This document shows, piece by piece, positions 21,334 through 33,827 of a DNA stretch of 43,633 bases. The notes beneath the pieces were generated by a model. That model was given only the letters and a program-made list of their open reading frames with translations, searched no databases and was not told the DNA's origin. The stretch's first letter is position 1. Each line of letters opens with the position of its first letter. The translations under genes and the position numbers were made by a program. Origin of the DNA: Craspedostauros australis (lineage: Eukaryota); NCBI GenBank assembly GCA_030167865.1, contig JALAGF010002193.1:1-43633 (forward strand), given 5' to 3'.

Positions 21334-24300
21334 TCTTGCTGTTGTCGCAGTGATTGGAGAGTGATTGTGTACGTGTGATTGTGTAGGTATAGTACCACAG
21401 CACAGCACAGCACAGCTCACAAGCACAGCTGACAAGCACAACCAACGACTTTCGAATTCGTTGAGTTTCGAATTCGTTGATATGATATGAGTTGGAAGTA
21501 CCAGATGAGATGAAAGCAGTTGATAGGAGTGCGCCCTTCGCCTGCCAAAGCTCTTGCCGTTGGTGAAGGCGTCGGTTGGGAGCAGGTTCCCGCTTTTGCC
21601 TTCCCTGTCTGCCCTGGCTGGCCGATTGCGGATGCTGCTGTTTCACGAGATGCGCAGCTGTCCAAATCGCAAACAGTGCCTTTTTGTTCCTTTTTTGGAT
21701 TCTGCCTGTGTTTGTCGTTGTTCTTGCTGTGCGAATCTCGGAGCCTGCTTTGGATCAACAGGTGCTCTGATGGAGGAGGCAGATGGTGATGATTGAGAGC
21801 GATGGACTGCGGCCTACTCTATGCTGTGATGCTCTCTCTCCTTCTGCCCTGCTCAACTCTTGGATGCGACTCCACAAGCAATCGCCTTCAATTGATGTCG
21901 CGATACGGGTGCTGTGCGTGGTTACTCCGTCTGGTTGTATGGTTGTATGGTTGTATGGTTGTGTGCATGAGTGGATGAGTGGGTTTGGTTCTGTCCACAC
22001 AACAACAGCAGCAGCAACACGGATGATTGCCTCGTTTTGGTTGTGGCACAGATTCGCCCCTTGTGTTCGGTGTTTGGGATATTCCGCACGCGCAATCGTC
22101 ACTGCCGTGACGACAGCAGAAAAACTTAACGAAACAGTCTCCGCGTTTGCCTTCGCAGTGTCCTCTGCGAGTCTTTTTGTCCGTGCTCAATACTAATACG
22201 GGTACGATCTGCCCCCTTGTGGCCCCGTACAGAACACGCAACCAATTTCGCCGGGAGGGTGTGGGGAGGTTTGGAGGGCTTAGCCACCGTGTTTGCCGAT
22301 TTTCGTTCCAATCGCGCAGGGACGAACCGCCACGAGAATGGGACTGGTAGTGCGCGTGGGGGTGCTCTCCAATCTATTGGTACTCGTTTACACTGTTCTT
22401 CGGAAGAGTCGACCACTTGTTGTTGTTGTTGTTGTTTTGTGATGTTTGAGCCAACTCGGTGGCTCTTTGGTGCTTTGTGCAGTTCACTTTGATTGCAGAT
22501 GACGATTGCGATGGTGGCGATTCACTTCGAGAAACATGTGGGCGGGTTGTGCTTCTGCTGTTCCTATCGATTCTTCGCATTCCGAACTCCTCGATGAATC
22601 AAACTATAATACCTGTTGAGGCAGAAAGTCTGCCGCCGGCTCTCTCTTTCTCTCTCTCACACACACACACTTTCACACCTCCTCACTCTCTTGTTCTCTC
22701 TGCGCGCAGATCTTCTTCCTCCCACCAAGCTCCTGTTTTTGTTCTGGGCGATGTTCACATTCGCAGTGATGTTGATGGTGATGGTGATGTCCACATTAAT
22801 GTTGTGGTTGTTAACCGCCGCGCTGTCACATCTCCCCTTGCCTTCCTTTTCGGGTGGGTGCAGAGACAAATCGGCTCCTTGGATTCTTCGTGGGAGCGTC
22901 CTTTCTACGTTTCGTCTCATCTCTGTTCGTGTGACTTGTTCCTCTTCTTTCCTCATTTCTTCCTTCTGCTTCCACTCGACGAGCCATGTAGTTTGCGGTA
23001 AATTCACAATTGCCGAATATCGAGGTTCTTGTTCCTTGCAATAGATCTCAATTGCAAAAAGAAACAATTTAACAACTTCCACATGAACTCCAGAAACACA
23101 ACAACAGTTCGTTTGCTTCCTGCCCTCTGCATCAAACAATTATGCGTACTCCAAATCACGATGTTCCCCTCACGAGTATCAAAAGTTGCCACGATCACGA
23201 CAGGGGCAGACGTGTGCATCAACAGATAAGTTCACAACCTCGATTTCTCGGATCTCTTGCTCCATCCGACAATCGATGTTCATGATGAACAAGCCACGAG
23301 CTACGGGTGCGGCATCGTACGATCCACTCTCACGCCCGTGCTTCAGCCAACACATGATGCCGCAAGATGAATCAAGTGTTCAGAAAGAGGTTCTGTCAAT
23401 CCAGCAGCCTGCCGTGTGGATCCACGCTCTGCAACTACCACACGACTCCTCCCAGCGTGCGAGCATTGGTGCCATACCCATACAGACGCCGGCACTTCAC
23501 ATCTTGTCAACTGCCTGCCTCGTACGATCTACCATGCGATGATACATCCTCACTTGGAGGCAGTAGCGCAAGATTCTCCTCAACCACCGCAACGAACCGG
23601 ATTAGAACGAAGCCGATGTGCAAGTCCTCGTGATTGGAAATGAAATGTACATCTCTCTCGGCATTGACGACGACAACAGTCGCGCCACAGACATCCACAG
23701 GAACAAACCCAACATCCAACAATAGGCAGTGACGTTGGGAGGCGGACAGGAGTCCACGAGTGGCTTGAGAGCATGCCGGTACCACAGCATCAAACACCAA
23801 AAGGACAGCGCTGCGGCGCAGGTGCTCTGCCTACGAATACTCGTGGCGTGTTCCGAAGTTCATATCCATTTTCGAGAAACGGCGAGAGGTTCACAAGATA
23901 CCACTACGGCCAGCGAACAGAAACTCCCCACAACGAGAACGAACCAGGAAGCCAATGAGGCACGCGCCTCCTCCCTGGCAACCATCATACCTGCGCATGG
24001 GAGCAAGGCATGACATTGAAGTACCTTCCGATCTCTCTCTCTTGAGACAGAAGTGGAATTGGAACACCATGTGGTAAGAACGACTACCGTCGGCACCGTA
24101 CGAGAACGGTACGGTACGGTGGTAGTGGTGTCCCAACTCAGATTGATGCCCACGGTACGTACAATCACGTGCGCGCGTGAGTGTTGCGCAGTGAATCGGC
24201 ATGGGCATGGTCGTTCACCTGCGAGAATGCGAGGACGTGCGGACGTGAGGATGCGTCAACGTCTTCCTTCTCCCAGTTTGTCAATGCTCCGCTTCGGTGT

Positions 24301-27300
24301 TCTTTCTCTGTGACATGTTGTACCTCTTCACATTGTCTCATCAAGTGACAATGGTGGCGCCAATCCAAGCGAAGGCAACATCACATCCCATTGTTTCTAC
24401 CTGCTACCACCACATCAACTCTTCCTACAACCTCTGTCGGGGTTTCTGGCACACGCAATGCAAACGAGGAGGTCACTAATAGCCGTATCCGGAAGCCGTC
24501 GCCTCCTTGCCGGCTGAGGACGCCTCTGCCACTGCGTTCCACAAGCAACGCCCCCATGCACGAGGTTCTTGTGGTTTGGCTTCCTGCTCTTCGTCACGCT
24601 CGGCTGTGCTCGATCCAAATCAAAGCGTCCCGGTCCATTCTCGGGGCGAGATGTGTGCCCAGTATCTCGAACGGTTCTGATGCACGGCCACATGTGGCGC
24701 AGCGTCTACTCGCACAACTATAGTATGCACGACGGAGCAGCTGTGCTGTGCCCGAAGAGGTTGATCAAGTCCCCTTTGCGCAAGAGTAGCACTACAACGG
24801 AGTAAAATCGAGCAGAGTCAAAGATCATTGAAGTAACACATGGCAAGCACATTATTGAGGCAAGATGTATGGTGGGTAGAGTGTCAATGTCGCAAGACTA
24901 CCCCGTTCACAAGCCCCTCTTGGTTCGTCATGATCCACACGCCAATGGCGGAGAGCCATCGCGCAACATTTCAAACTCAAGGAGCTCCTAATCTAGCTCC
25001 CATTGTAGGCCTTAGGCGGACAATATTTGTCGAACACATGCAAACGAAAATTGTAATTGCACTATAATTTATCAAAGCCGCTGCCTCCAATTCTACATCG
25101 AAAGTTGATAGTAATTTATATATTACCGTTACTCCTGTTTCTATCACAGGTATCCCATACGTGGTATCTATGTGATGATGTGCTTTCGAAAGTACTTGAT
25201 ATGAAGTACCTCATGTGTCATATCTCGTTGTAGATGGTATTGATATATTGCCGCTACTCCTGTGTGAATAATATGACATAAGAATATCAATTACCGCTTC
25301 TTCCATAAATAAGCCTATTTAAGCCCTCTTGTTGTCAGTCCTGATTCAACCAGGACACTCTTTGTTCGACTGCTATTTGAACGTTACATTAGCGTTATAC
25401 ACTGGCTTAAACTCGGCCAAGCAAGATCACGTTTTGTTTTGGATCGGTGTCGCGCCAAAACTGGACCAATTTGGATCACTTCGCCCATGCGCAGTTCGTA
25501 GCTCATGAATGCTCGTACCGCTTGCGGAGCGAAATGCTGATGTGCAGGATGCCAAGAGGCACGCCACGACCACAGTGCGGTTGTGCCTTGTCCCATGCAT
25601 AGGCAGACACATAGTTCGCACAATTTCCGACACATAGATCGTATTTTTCGAAACAGTACCAGACACCGAAGCGATCGTGTCGGCGGTGATGAGGGGTGAC
25701 AATGCAGACAAGAGCTGTCGCGAACACCATGCAGTCATGGAGATGACGGCACGCAAACAGGAAGGAAGCTGTGCCGACTCTGCAAGCCATCACACCGCTC
25801 TGATTAGGTACTGCAACGAATATCAATTGAGCAGGCGATGAATAGCGCTTCCCAAACCTCTGGCCTGAATGGCGATGACGCCTCCAACAGCACGAATGGA
25901 ATGAACAGGGTGAAGAGCAACAAAGTTCACCTCACGGACAAAACACCCTCATCTCTTCGTTCCTTCAGGCGAACGCGCTCGGGTAGAGAACCGCTCAAGG
26001 GTCCAGAGCAGCACCGATGGGCATCGCATTGGGCGTCGCGCTGCGCATGGAACCATCTCTGTGTCCCGTTGCGACGCCTGCGACAGTCGTCACCGGCTTG
26101 TGGAATCGTGCGTGTCTGCCACACCCCAGCATCTGCGCTCAATTGGGCGTTCATCCCCTGGCCAGAATTGCGGTCCCAGAAGCGCCGTGGTGCAACAAGA
26201 AGCACCACATGCACGCAACCCGAAGCCCTCACTTATTGGCGTTTGTGCGTGTGTGGAAACACACTACACCCAACAGTCCCTATCGGTCCACTGATGGTTT
26301 TCCTCAACCCTTCGCTTCAAAGTGTACTACGTTCGATCACGCGGTATTCATTCGGCTGCTCTCCTTGTGCCTGTCGCTTCGGTGGACTGCGGAAGCAACA
26401 CAGAGGCGGGAAGAGATGCGAACACAGTATCATCCACATCAGCAGCAACAGCAGCAGGGGGTACAACCAAAAGCAGAAACGCAAAACAAATGCAATCAAA
26501 GAACATGCAAGCTTCTCGTTTGTCTCACATGACATCACATTGTCCGTGATTTCTGAAGGAAAGGAACACATGCAATGTCGAGCATAGTTGCATTGGAAGT
26601 ACTTCTTGCGCTCAACTATCAATTCGCACCCAGACTTTCGTGTCCAACAGAGATGAAAAGGTTCGGATGTGTGAACGAGATCGGGATGGAAATCGCTACG
26701 TTGCCTTGTGTCCATCTCCTCGTACCTGCACCGAACAAGGGACAGCATTCCGGTACCGATTCACGATGGAGCAGAGAGCCGACAGCAGGGAGCGAAGAGT
26801 ATGTTCGGGTTTTGGAGCCCAACAGTGGAACATCAACCAAATGGAGGGAAAAGGGTGACGCACTTTGGTGCTCTGCTTTTAGAATCCGCGCATGGCCATG
26901 GAATGGTCATCGTGCGCAACAAGAACGGTAATGCGCGGACAGAGGCCTCATGGTGCCCACCGTCCCACATGAAGCACTGTGCTCTGCCTGGCGCTGGCAT
27001 GGTACGGCACACGGCACGGCGCTTCACTCGTAGGTACCGTACCATACCACACGAGTCGGTCGTACTCATGGTCAGGCGCATCATGTTCGACGACGCTTCT
27101 CACACACCATTCGAACAAGGTCCGAAAGCTGGCTTCGAAATGCCCCTTGCAAGCCTCCTTTCAACACGGGAGGTTCGGACAAACCGATGGATAATTGCAA
27201 GAGTGGCGATGGCGGGTGAACGCGTTGCCTGAGTGACGCAGATGGCGATGCTCGTGATGGCGGTCACTGAGAGAGGGGTCATGATTGCCAACACCCATGA

Positions 27301-27981
27301 TGAGGTCACGACAATTGCAGCCGCTTTTAGCCGCTCCTCTGTCACCACATCGTACGAGCACGCACGAAGACGCCACCGAACCACAAGCAACTTTCCCACC
27401 CATCCTCAGCGAGGACCAACCCAAATCTCGTCGAACCGGCAAAACCAAAGTCCCAACTCGACTGCCGAGGCACAATCTCTACCAGCGCACCATACGAATA
27501 CTCCATCAGAGTGGAATGAAACGCGGAAAGGGCTCGCCGTTCCTCAATAAAACACACAAACGAAGAAGCTGCAAAAGGAGGGACGGATACATATTATACA
27601 TGCCCGCATCCCAACATTATCAAAGAGTACCAAACTGCATCCATCACTGCATCGTTCAAGACTGAACAAGCAGCATAGCATCAAAGCAGGACAGCTTCCT
27701 ATAGAGCCGAGGAGTGGGCTTTGATACCCCTCTACCAAACGAGCCGCAAATCACCACCGCGTAGCGCTTTCAGCGAGTGGCAAAGCCACACACAGGCAAA
27801 GAACGAACGGAAGCAACCGACGGGTCACAAGATTGCGCAAACTCGTACTCATACTCTACCTGTCATCCTCCAGAATCATCGGCACTCTCCTCGAAACCGG
27901 GAAGCTGGGATGCCACAGAAGAGGAGATCGACCCTGCAGTAGCGAAGAACGGTCCCCAACCAACCAAGCATCACTACCAAA

Positions 27982-29641
27982 ATGGGCCGGCGCGAGACAT
28001 TCCCGCTGCTCTTGCACCGAATACTCTCCGAAACGAACGAGGCCGGGTTGCAGAGTATCATTTCCTGGAGTGCCTCTAATTGCTCCTTCAGGGTTCACGA
28101 CAAGGATGCCTTCATGACTCGCGTCCTGCCACAGTACGCGCGCCAAACCCGGTACAAGAGCTTCATCCGACAGCTCAACTTGTGGGGCTTCTTCTGCGTG
28201 CAGCAGGGTGAAGATCGAGGGGCATGTAAGTCTAAGACACATGGTGATGCCGCGATGACTGGATGCTACTCGTGCATACGGAACAAGTTGAGAGAGAGAG
28301 AGCAGCAGCTGGACCACACGCTCGATACTCGTCCCACTGCTACTCATAGGTTGTTCGATTATCCGGTTTGCTCATCTATTCATCTTTACATTCATCCTTA
28401 CTCTCCTCACATGCATCTCACGCCCCCTTTCATGCTTGCGTATTTCATTCATATTCGAATTTATATCCGTATCCATGTCCCTGTTTATATTCATATTCAT
28501 AGATACGCATGAATCATTCGTGCGCGGACGGCTGGACCTAGTGAAGAACATGAAGCGCGTAAAGGTGAAGGGCGCGTTCACAAGAGCCACCAAGTCCAAG
28601 GGAGGTGCCTGCACTGTCGAAATAGATCTCACAACCACGCCAAGGCACAAGACCGCGGAAGCCTCCTCGGTGAGCTCCACCAAAGAGAATCCGGACGATG
28701 CACCGCTGACAAGCTCTTCGGACCACACGGTTTGGTCCAACCCCGACCTCTTCTCGCAGAGCGCAGACAACCGCGATTGCGTCGGGATGGATTCCTTCGA
28801 CCCGAGAGGCAGTGACCATTCATGTTACGATATCCCATCTGGGGCATCGGACTGCTCCTCTATCTGCACCATGCAAGGCGCCTTCGATCTCGACTTGAGC
28901 CTCAGCGACCTCAACATCATCCCTGATGGCTACGCAGACACAGATGCAGATGCATTTTCATCTGCATGCGCATGCGCGCATGATGGAGGCGAAAGGCGTG
29001 ACCACCAAGGCAACAGGAAATCACAGGAGCGCGTTGAAAGCATCAACGGGGGGATGATGGTATCTCCGACTTCGGATGATGCGCAGGAGCAGGTAGGTAC
29101 GGATTCGTTAACGTCAACAGCAGCACGAGGTAGATCGAGGTCGATACTGCTATCACCCTCGCAAGCGATGCGATCCAGCACATTCCTTCAGCCACCAATT
29201 GACATTGGTGCATCTGACAGAAAGGAACCCATCAGATTTACGACTCCAGGCATGGATGTGGTGGGAGATCGTCGCCATTTGCCCAACAGAAGATGTCCGC
29301 AATTCGACCAGCGCGACGGCAACAACTTCGGCTCGACCAGATCACGTGCCAATCACCAGACACCTCAGCTGGGAGTGACACAAGTGCAGAACGACAAGAG
29401 CAAGCGCAAGTGCAACAGCAGCTCTGCCATGACGGTCATCGTGACTCCGCCGGGTGTGGCCGTCCGCAAGCGCCGCTTCTTGACAGTCGATCGCAAGCAG
29501 ATGGAGGAACTGCGGCAGCAACAGCAACAACAGGAAGGGCAACAGGACTGCGTTTCTCCAATCTTCTGCAGCATAGGCCTCTTCGAGCCGAGGCCCTTCC
29601 ATCCGTCCATGCAATCATTCTCCACGGGACCGCCCAGATGA
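27982..29641 (+). CDS. HSF: Heat shock transcription factor (HSF-type DNA-binding domain), 460 aa; exons 27982-28225 and 28503-29641
   Basis: FPLLLHRIL..IISW..SFRVHDKDAF..VLPQY..QTRYKSFIRQLNLWGF is an HSF DNA-binding domain. A phase-1 intron GTAAGT..TAG (28226-28502) rebuilds GAYTHESFVRGRLDLVKNMKRVKVKG, the expected end of the domain. Confidence 0.93.
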
Positions 29642-30646
29642 AGTTGCAGAAAGCGGATTGTATGATAGAAGAGAAGCCGAAGCTCATCCATTCGGAAGCC
29701 CCATGCACATGTGCTGGCCCTTGTCCCCGCAGCACCCCTCGTCGCGCTCATCCCCAAAGACAGCAACACGAATCTACCGCAAAGCATCGCTGCACGAGTA
29801 TTCGTGCCATTAAAGTACAAACCTAGAGAGAGTAGAGAAAAGTATTATATTCTATAATATAATACCATGCATTGTAGTGCATAAAACCATGCATGATGAA
29901 TACTGAAGCAAGGCTGAAGCAGCCTCGATGTACTTCGCCGCAGCTGCTTGCAGGTATTATGTACGAGTATGCGTGATCAAGTGTAGCGGTTGTTGCCATT
30001 GCTCGTGCCTCTCCAACAACAACAACAGCATCATCATCATCTCCGGCTGGGACAACAACGACAACACACGAAGAAACGCTCGATGGTATCTTTGTGTTCG
30101 TTTCCCGTCCGTCCAACCATCCGTGAAGCATCAATTTCTGCCTCCTGTGGCCAACAAAAATTAATGAGAGGAACACACAAACAAGGGGACAACCATAACC
30201 ATGGACATTCCCGAAACTCTGGGACATCAGATGTGAGGAATCACGTCGACACGGTAACTGGTCGCGATCGTACAAACAGGTACGACTAGTCGTACGCTTG
30301 TGAACGGAAGTCCTGCACAAACCAATGCGATCGAATGCAACGCGATGCACACCAATCTTCATTGGCGCCGACCAGCAGTCATTTATCGTATTATACAACT
30401 ACTGTTACACACTCTGCTCTTTTGCGCGTAGGACGACGAATCTACGCATATAGAATATTATATAATAATACAATTGCAAGCACCGTGGAAGACACGATGG
30501 CATCGTCCCACGGAGAGAGCACCATGAAGGCACAGATAAGAGGAGGCATGATGGCAGATTTGGAGGCAACGCGAAGGGACGCACATCAGCGCACGTACGA
30601 GTACAGAAGCAAGAGAAGGCACGCATCTCGAACAGCCATCCCAACC

Positions 30647-32566
30647 ATGCTTTCCAGGAGCTCTTTCATTGCGGCCTTGCTTCTTTACTGCCTCGTTTCT
30701 CATCGCACCAGTGGCACCAACGGCACCAACGGCACCAACGGCAGGAGCATCTCAAGTGCCACGAGCTGGCTGCTGCCTGGTGCAAACGCATTGCTGCTGG
30801 GCCAGAGAGGGCCAACGAATCAGAGTACTCGCAGGTCGTCAACAGGGAATCTCCCAATCACATTCGATGTGCGCAAATCAGATCGGGCATTCATGTCATT
30901 CGCATCTCGCAAAGCAGATCAATCCGATTGGAGCCCCATGCGCTTAGCAGCTTCGGCTCAGGATTCTGGCACCGAAGAAGACGATGCGCCATCATCGCTG
31001 GCAGAAGCGGAAGGGATCAACGGAGCGACGGATGCTGACACAAAGCAATTAGGTTCGAGCCCTGCTGTGGATGAACCTCGTCCAACGGAGTCGTCTCAAT
31101 CTTTGGCATCCTCGCAATCCTCCACCAGTTCTCCACCGGCCGTCATCGTGCTCAACGTTAACGCGCGGCAGGTCACTACCGACTTGGTCCCGATGTGCCA
31201 GGAGATTCTTGGCGCGGAAAATGTCTACCTCACCACCTCCAACGAAGAAGCAAAGATCGCCGCAGCCAAGATCGTGCAGCGGAACCCTAAAGTCGTCATT
31301 CCCGTGGGCGGCGATGGCACGTTGACGGCCATCATCAATCATCTCACCACGGCAATTCAGCAATCATCGGCGTCGTCCGCGTCGTCATCGCTGAACGAAT
31401 ATGTATCCACAGAGACTGCGCTGCGCCAGATGCCATTCATCGGGTACATACCGCTGGGCACGGGCAACGGCGCAGGATCAGTGGCGGGCGCCGTCGCGCC
31501 ACTGCACGGCGATAAACCAAGCAAGCTGCGGAGGATACGCAACCTGTTCCGCAGCAAACGCAGGCAGCTCGCAACGACCATCAAAAGGCTGCGGCAGATC
31601 GGCGAGAGCATGCAGACCAGCATCCTGGAAGAACAGGCGGTTTTGGATTGTGACATTGTCGATCTGCACGTCATGCAGGTCACCACCACAACAACGACAC
31701 AGACGGAAAACGATGCGGCAGAAAATGAGGCGTCCCCTAATGATTCCACTTCCAACAACAGCAACAACAACCCAACTGCCACACAGACAGTGACCAATGA
31801 GATGCAAGAGCTGGCATTCTTCGCTGGCGTGGGGTTCGATTCCTTGATGTTGCAAGACTTCAAGGACATTCAACGATGGACGAGGCAACGCAAACGGCTG
31901 CTGCCAGGTTTCGTGAAGAAGTCGTTGAGCAGCGTGGGTGGATACTGCGTGGCCTTGGTCACTCGCACGCTGCCCAAGTGCATCGCACGTCAGGCGCATG
32001 AAATACAGGTGGAAATCACGACGCTTTCCCCTCAGACTGCCGTCTGGATCGATCATCGGCGTGGAGACGTGGCGAGACGCGTGGGCAATGCTTACTCGCA
32101 CGGAACCGAATCGCAGACCTCCAGTAGTGTTGCAGGAACGTCGACGCAAAGCAGCCGCAGCAGCAGCCCACCAACGCTGCTATACAAAGGCAAGGCCGGC
32201 ATCGTAGCTGCTGGCACAGCCCCGTACTACGGTGGCGGGCTGCGCCTTTTCCCATTTGCCTGCCTCCACCCTCAGCGACTTCACCTCCGCATCGGACGCA
32301 TCCACCCACTGCGCGGCTTTTGGAACATCCCCCGCATCTTCGCCGGGACCTACCGCGACATGCGCGATGAATCCTTCGGTTGCGTCGACGTGATCGGATC
32401 CGAAATGACCGTCCAGGTGTCGGGAAATAACTCCCAGGGCTATCCTTTGCAGCACTCCGGCGAATCGGTCGGGATGGTGCGCAGCTTTCATTTGGAGGTC
32501 GTGAAGGAGCCGGTGCGATTCGTGACTCTGCTGCCGCAGCGCCCAATTGATGAGAGTGCTCTGTGA
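30647..32566 (+). CDS. Diacylglycerol kinase catalytic-domain lipid kinase (YegS/DgkB-like), probably plastid-targeted; 639 aa from ATG 30647 (frame open from 30335)
   Basis: DAGKc motifs VLNVNAR, VGGDGT, IPLGTGNG, FAGVGFDS, GTAPYYGGG and QHSGE. A hydrophobic leader (FIAALLLYCLVS) is followed by a Ser/Thr/Arg-rich region. Start codon uncertain. Confidence 0.88.
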   Translation: MLSRSSFIAALLLYCLVSHRTSGTNGTNGTNGRSISSATSWLLPGANALLLGQRGPTNQSTRRSSTGNLPITFDVRKSDRAFMSFASRKADQSDWSPMRLAASAQDSGTEEDDAPSSLAEAEGINGATDADTKQLGSSPAVDEPRPTESSQSLASSQSSTSSPPAVIVLNVNARQVTTDLVPMCQEILGAENVYLTTSNEEAKIAAAKIVQRNPKVVIPVGGDGTLTAIINHLTTAIQQSSASSASSSLNEYVSTETALRQMPFIGYIPLGTGNGAGSVAGAVAPLHGDKPSKLRRIRNLFRSKRRQLATTIKRLRQIGESMQTSILEEQAVLDCDIVDLHVMQVTTTTTTQTENDAAENEASPNDSTSNNSNNNPTATQTVTNEMQELAFFAGVGFDSLMLQDFKDIQRWTRQRKRLLPGFVKKSLSSVGGYCVALVTRTLPKCIARQAHEIQVEITTLSPQTAVWIDHRRGDVARRVGNAYSHGTESQTSSSVAGTSTQSSRSSSPPTLLYKGKAGIVAAGTAPYYGGGLRLFPFACLHPQRLHLRIGRIHPLRGFWNIPRIFAGTYRDMRDESFGCVDVIGSEMTVQVSGNNSQGYPLQHSGESVGMVRSFHLEVVKEPVRFVTLLPQRPIDESAL

Positions 32567-32969
32567 GCACCTCACAGTATTCGTGCCATACGAGTTTGTG
32601 AGGAGAGGAGAGTTGTCTGGACTGAAGCATGCATCACAGCAGTGCAAGACAGTGCCCGTTAATTCTGGCCCTGCCTTTCCTGTTGCGAAAGGGATGGTGT
32701 CGATGCATCAATGGCAACCAGGGAGAACGCAATCTTTGAAGACAAGCAACAAAGGCATGAAGGCACTTGGATCACGTAACTTGCGACTGCAAACAGGCTG
32801 TCACCGTGCGAGAGTTCCTTCAACACGAATTGGGCAAGACTAGTCACCCTCACTTCGATAACTATAACCTCTTCTGCTATAACCTTTGCGAATGCACTAT
32901 CTATGCCTGTCTGTCTGTCTGTCTCTGCAGACTGAATCATTGTTGTGGAGGACACTCCGAGAAAGTCTA

Positions 32970-33827
32970 TCACTCATCGTCCGAACTGTCGCTGTCATCA
33001 TCCTCGTCGCCCTCCTCCGACAGGCGCTTCTGCAGGATCTCATCGATGACCCCGAACTCCAAGGCCGTCGTCACATCCATGAAGGTATCTCGATCCATGA
33101 CGCGCTCAATTTCCGCCAGCGGCTGTCCGGTATGATGCACGAAGAGATCATTGAGCTTGGCCCGGATGCGCAGCAGCTCCCGGGCGCGGATCTCAATGTC
33201 GCTGGCCATGCCCTGCGCGCCGCCGCTGGGCTGATGCAGCATAATGCTGGCGTTGGGCAGCGCGAATCGCTTCCCGGGTTCGCCGCCAGCAAGCAGCAGA
33301 CTCCCCATGCTGGCCGCCTGCCCCATGCAGATGGTGTGGACGGGTGGCCGAATGTACTGCATGGTGTCATACATGGCCATGCCGGCCGTGACGCTGCCGC
33401 CAGGGCTGTTGATGTACATGAAGAGCGGCTTGTTGGGTTGCTCGGATTCCAGGAAGAGGAGCTGCGCCGTGACGAGGCTGGCCATCTGGTCGTTGACCTC
33501 GCCGTGCACGCAGATGATGCGCTCCCTCAATAACCGCGAGTAGATGTCGAAGGATCGCTCGCCCATGGTGCCCTGCTCCAGAACCACCGGGATCGTGTAG
33601 TGCCGTTTGCCGCGCGAGGCAGGCTCGTTGTGTTGACGTTGCTGCTGCGAATGCTGTCCGTGCAATCCGTTCGCAACCGTCATGAACGATCTGTTAGCAG
33701 CTCTGAGTTGGGGCTGCATCATCATGTGCACACTCGAGGATGAAGTCCTGGCTGGAGCTCTGGATGCAGCGTTGAGTGCAGCGCTGGACCAGCCAACCGA
33801 AAGGCGTGTTGCGAACATCATCGTCAT
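32970..33827 (-). CDS. clpP: ATP-dependent Clp protease proteolytic subunit, mitochondrial, 285 aa
   Basis: [36 protein letters not shown], catalytic Ser in GQAASMG, His in IMLHQP, Asp in DRDTFM. Arg/Ser/Ala-rich, acid-free N-terminal transit peptide. Confidence 0.97.
   Translation of the reverse strand: MTMMFATRLSVGWSSAALNAASRAPARTSSSSVHMMMQPQLRAANRSFMTVANGLHGQHSQQQRQHNEPASRGKRHYTIPVVLEQGTMGERSFDIYSRLLRERIICVHGEVNDQMASLVTAQLLFLESEQPNKPLFMYINSPGGSVTAGMAMYDTMQYIRPPVHTICMGQAASMGSLLLAGGEPGKRFALPNASIMLHQPSGGAQGMASDIEIRARELLRIRAKLNDLFVHHTGQPLAEIERVMDRDTFMDVTTALEFGVIDEILQKRLSEEGDEDDDSDSSDDE

Noticed and set aside
21450-21481. Tandem TTTCGAATTCGTTGA x2 as a possible heat-shock element
   Set aside because: GAA/TTC spacing does not fit nGAAnnTTCn; more likely a simple local duplication.
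25838-27232. ORFs of 249, 171 and 174 aa in the gene-poor interval
   Set aside because: No domain motifs, Arg/Cys/Ser-rich random-like composition and mutual overlaps; a non-coding transcript cannot be excluded.
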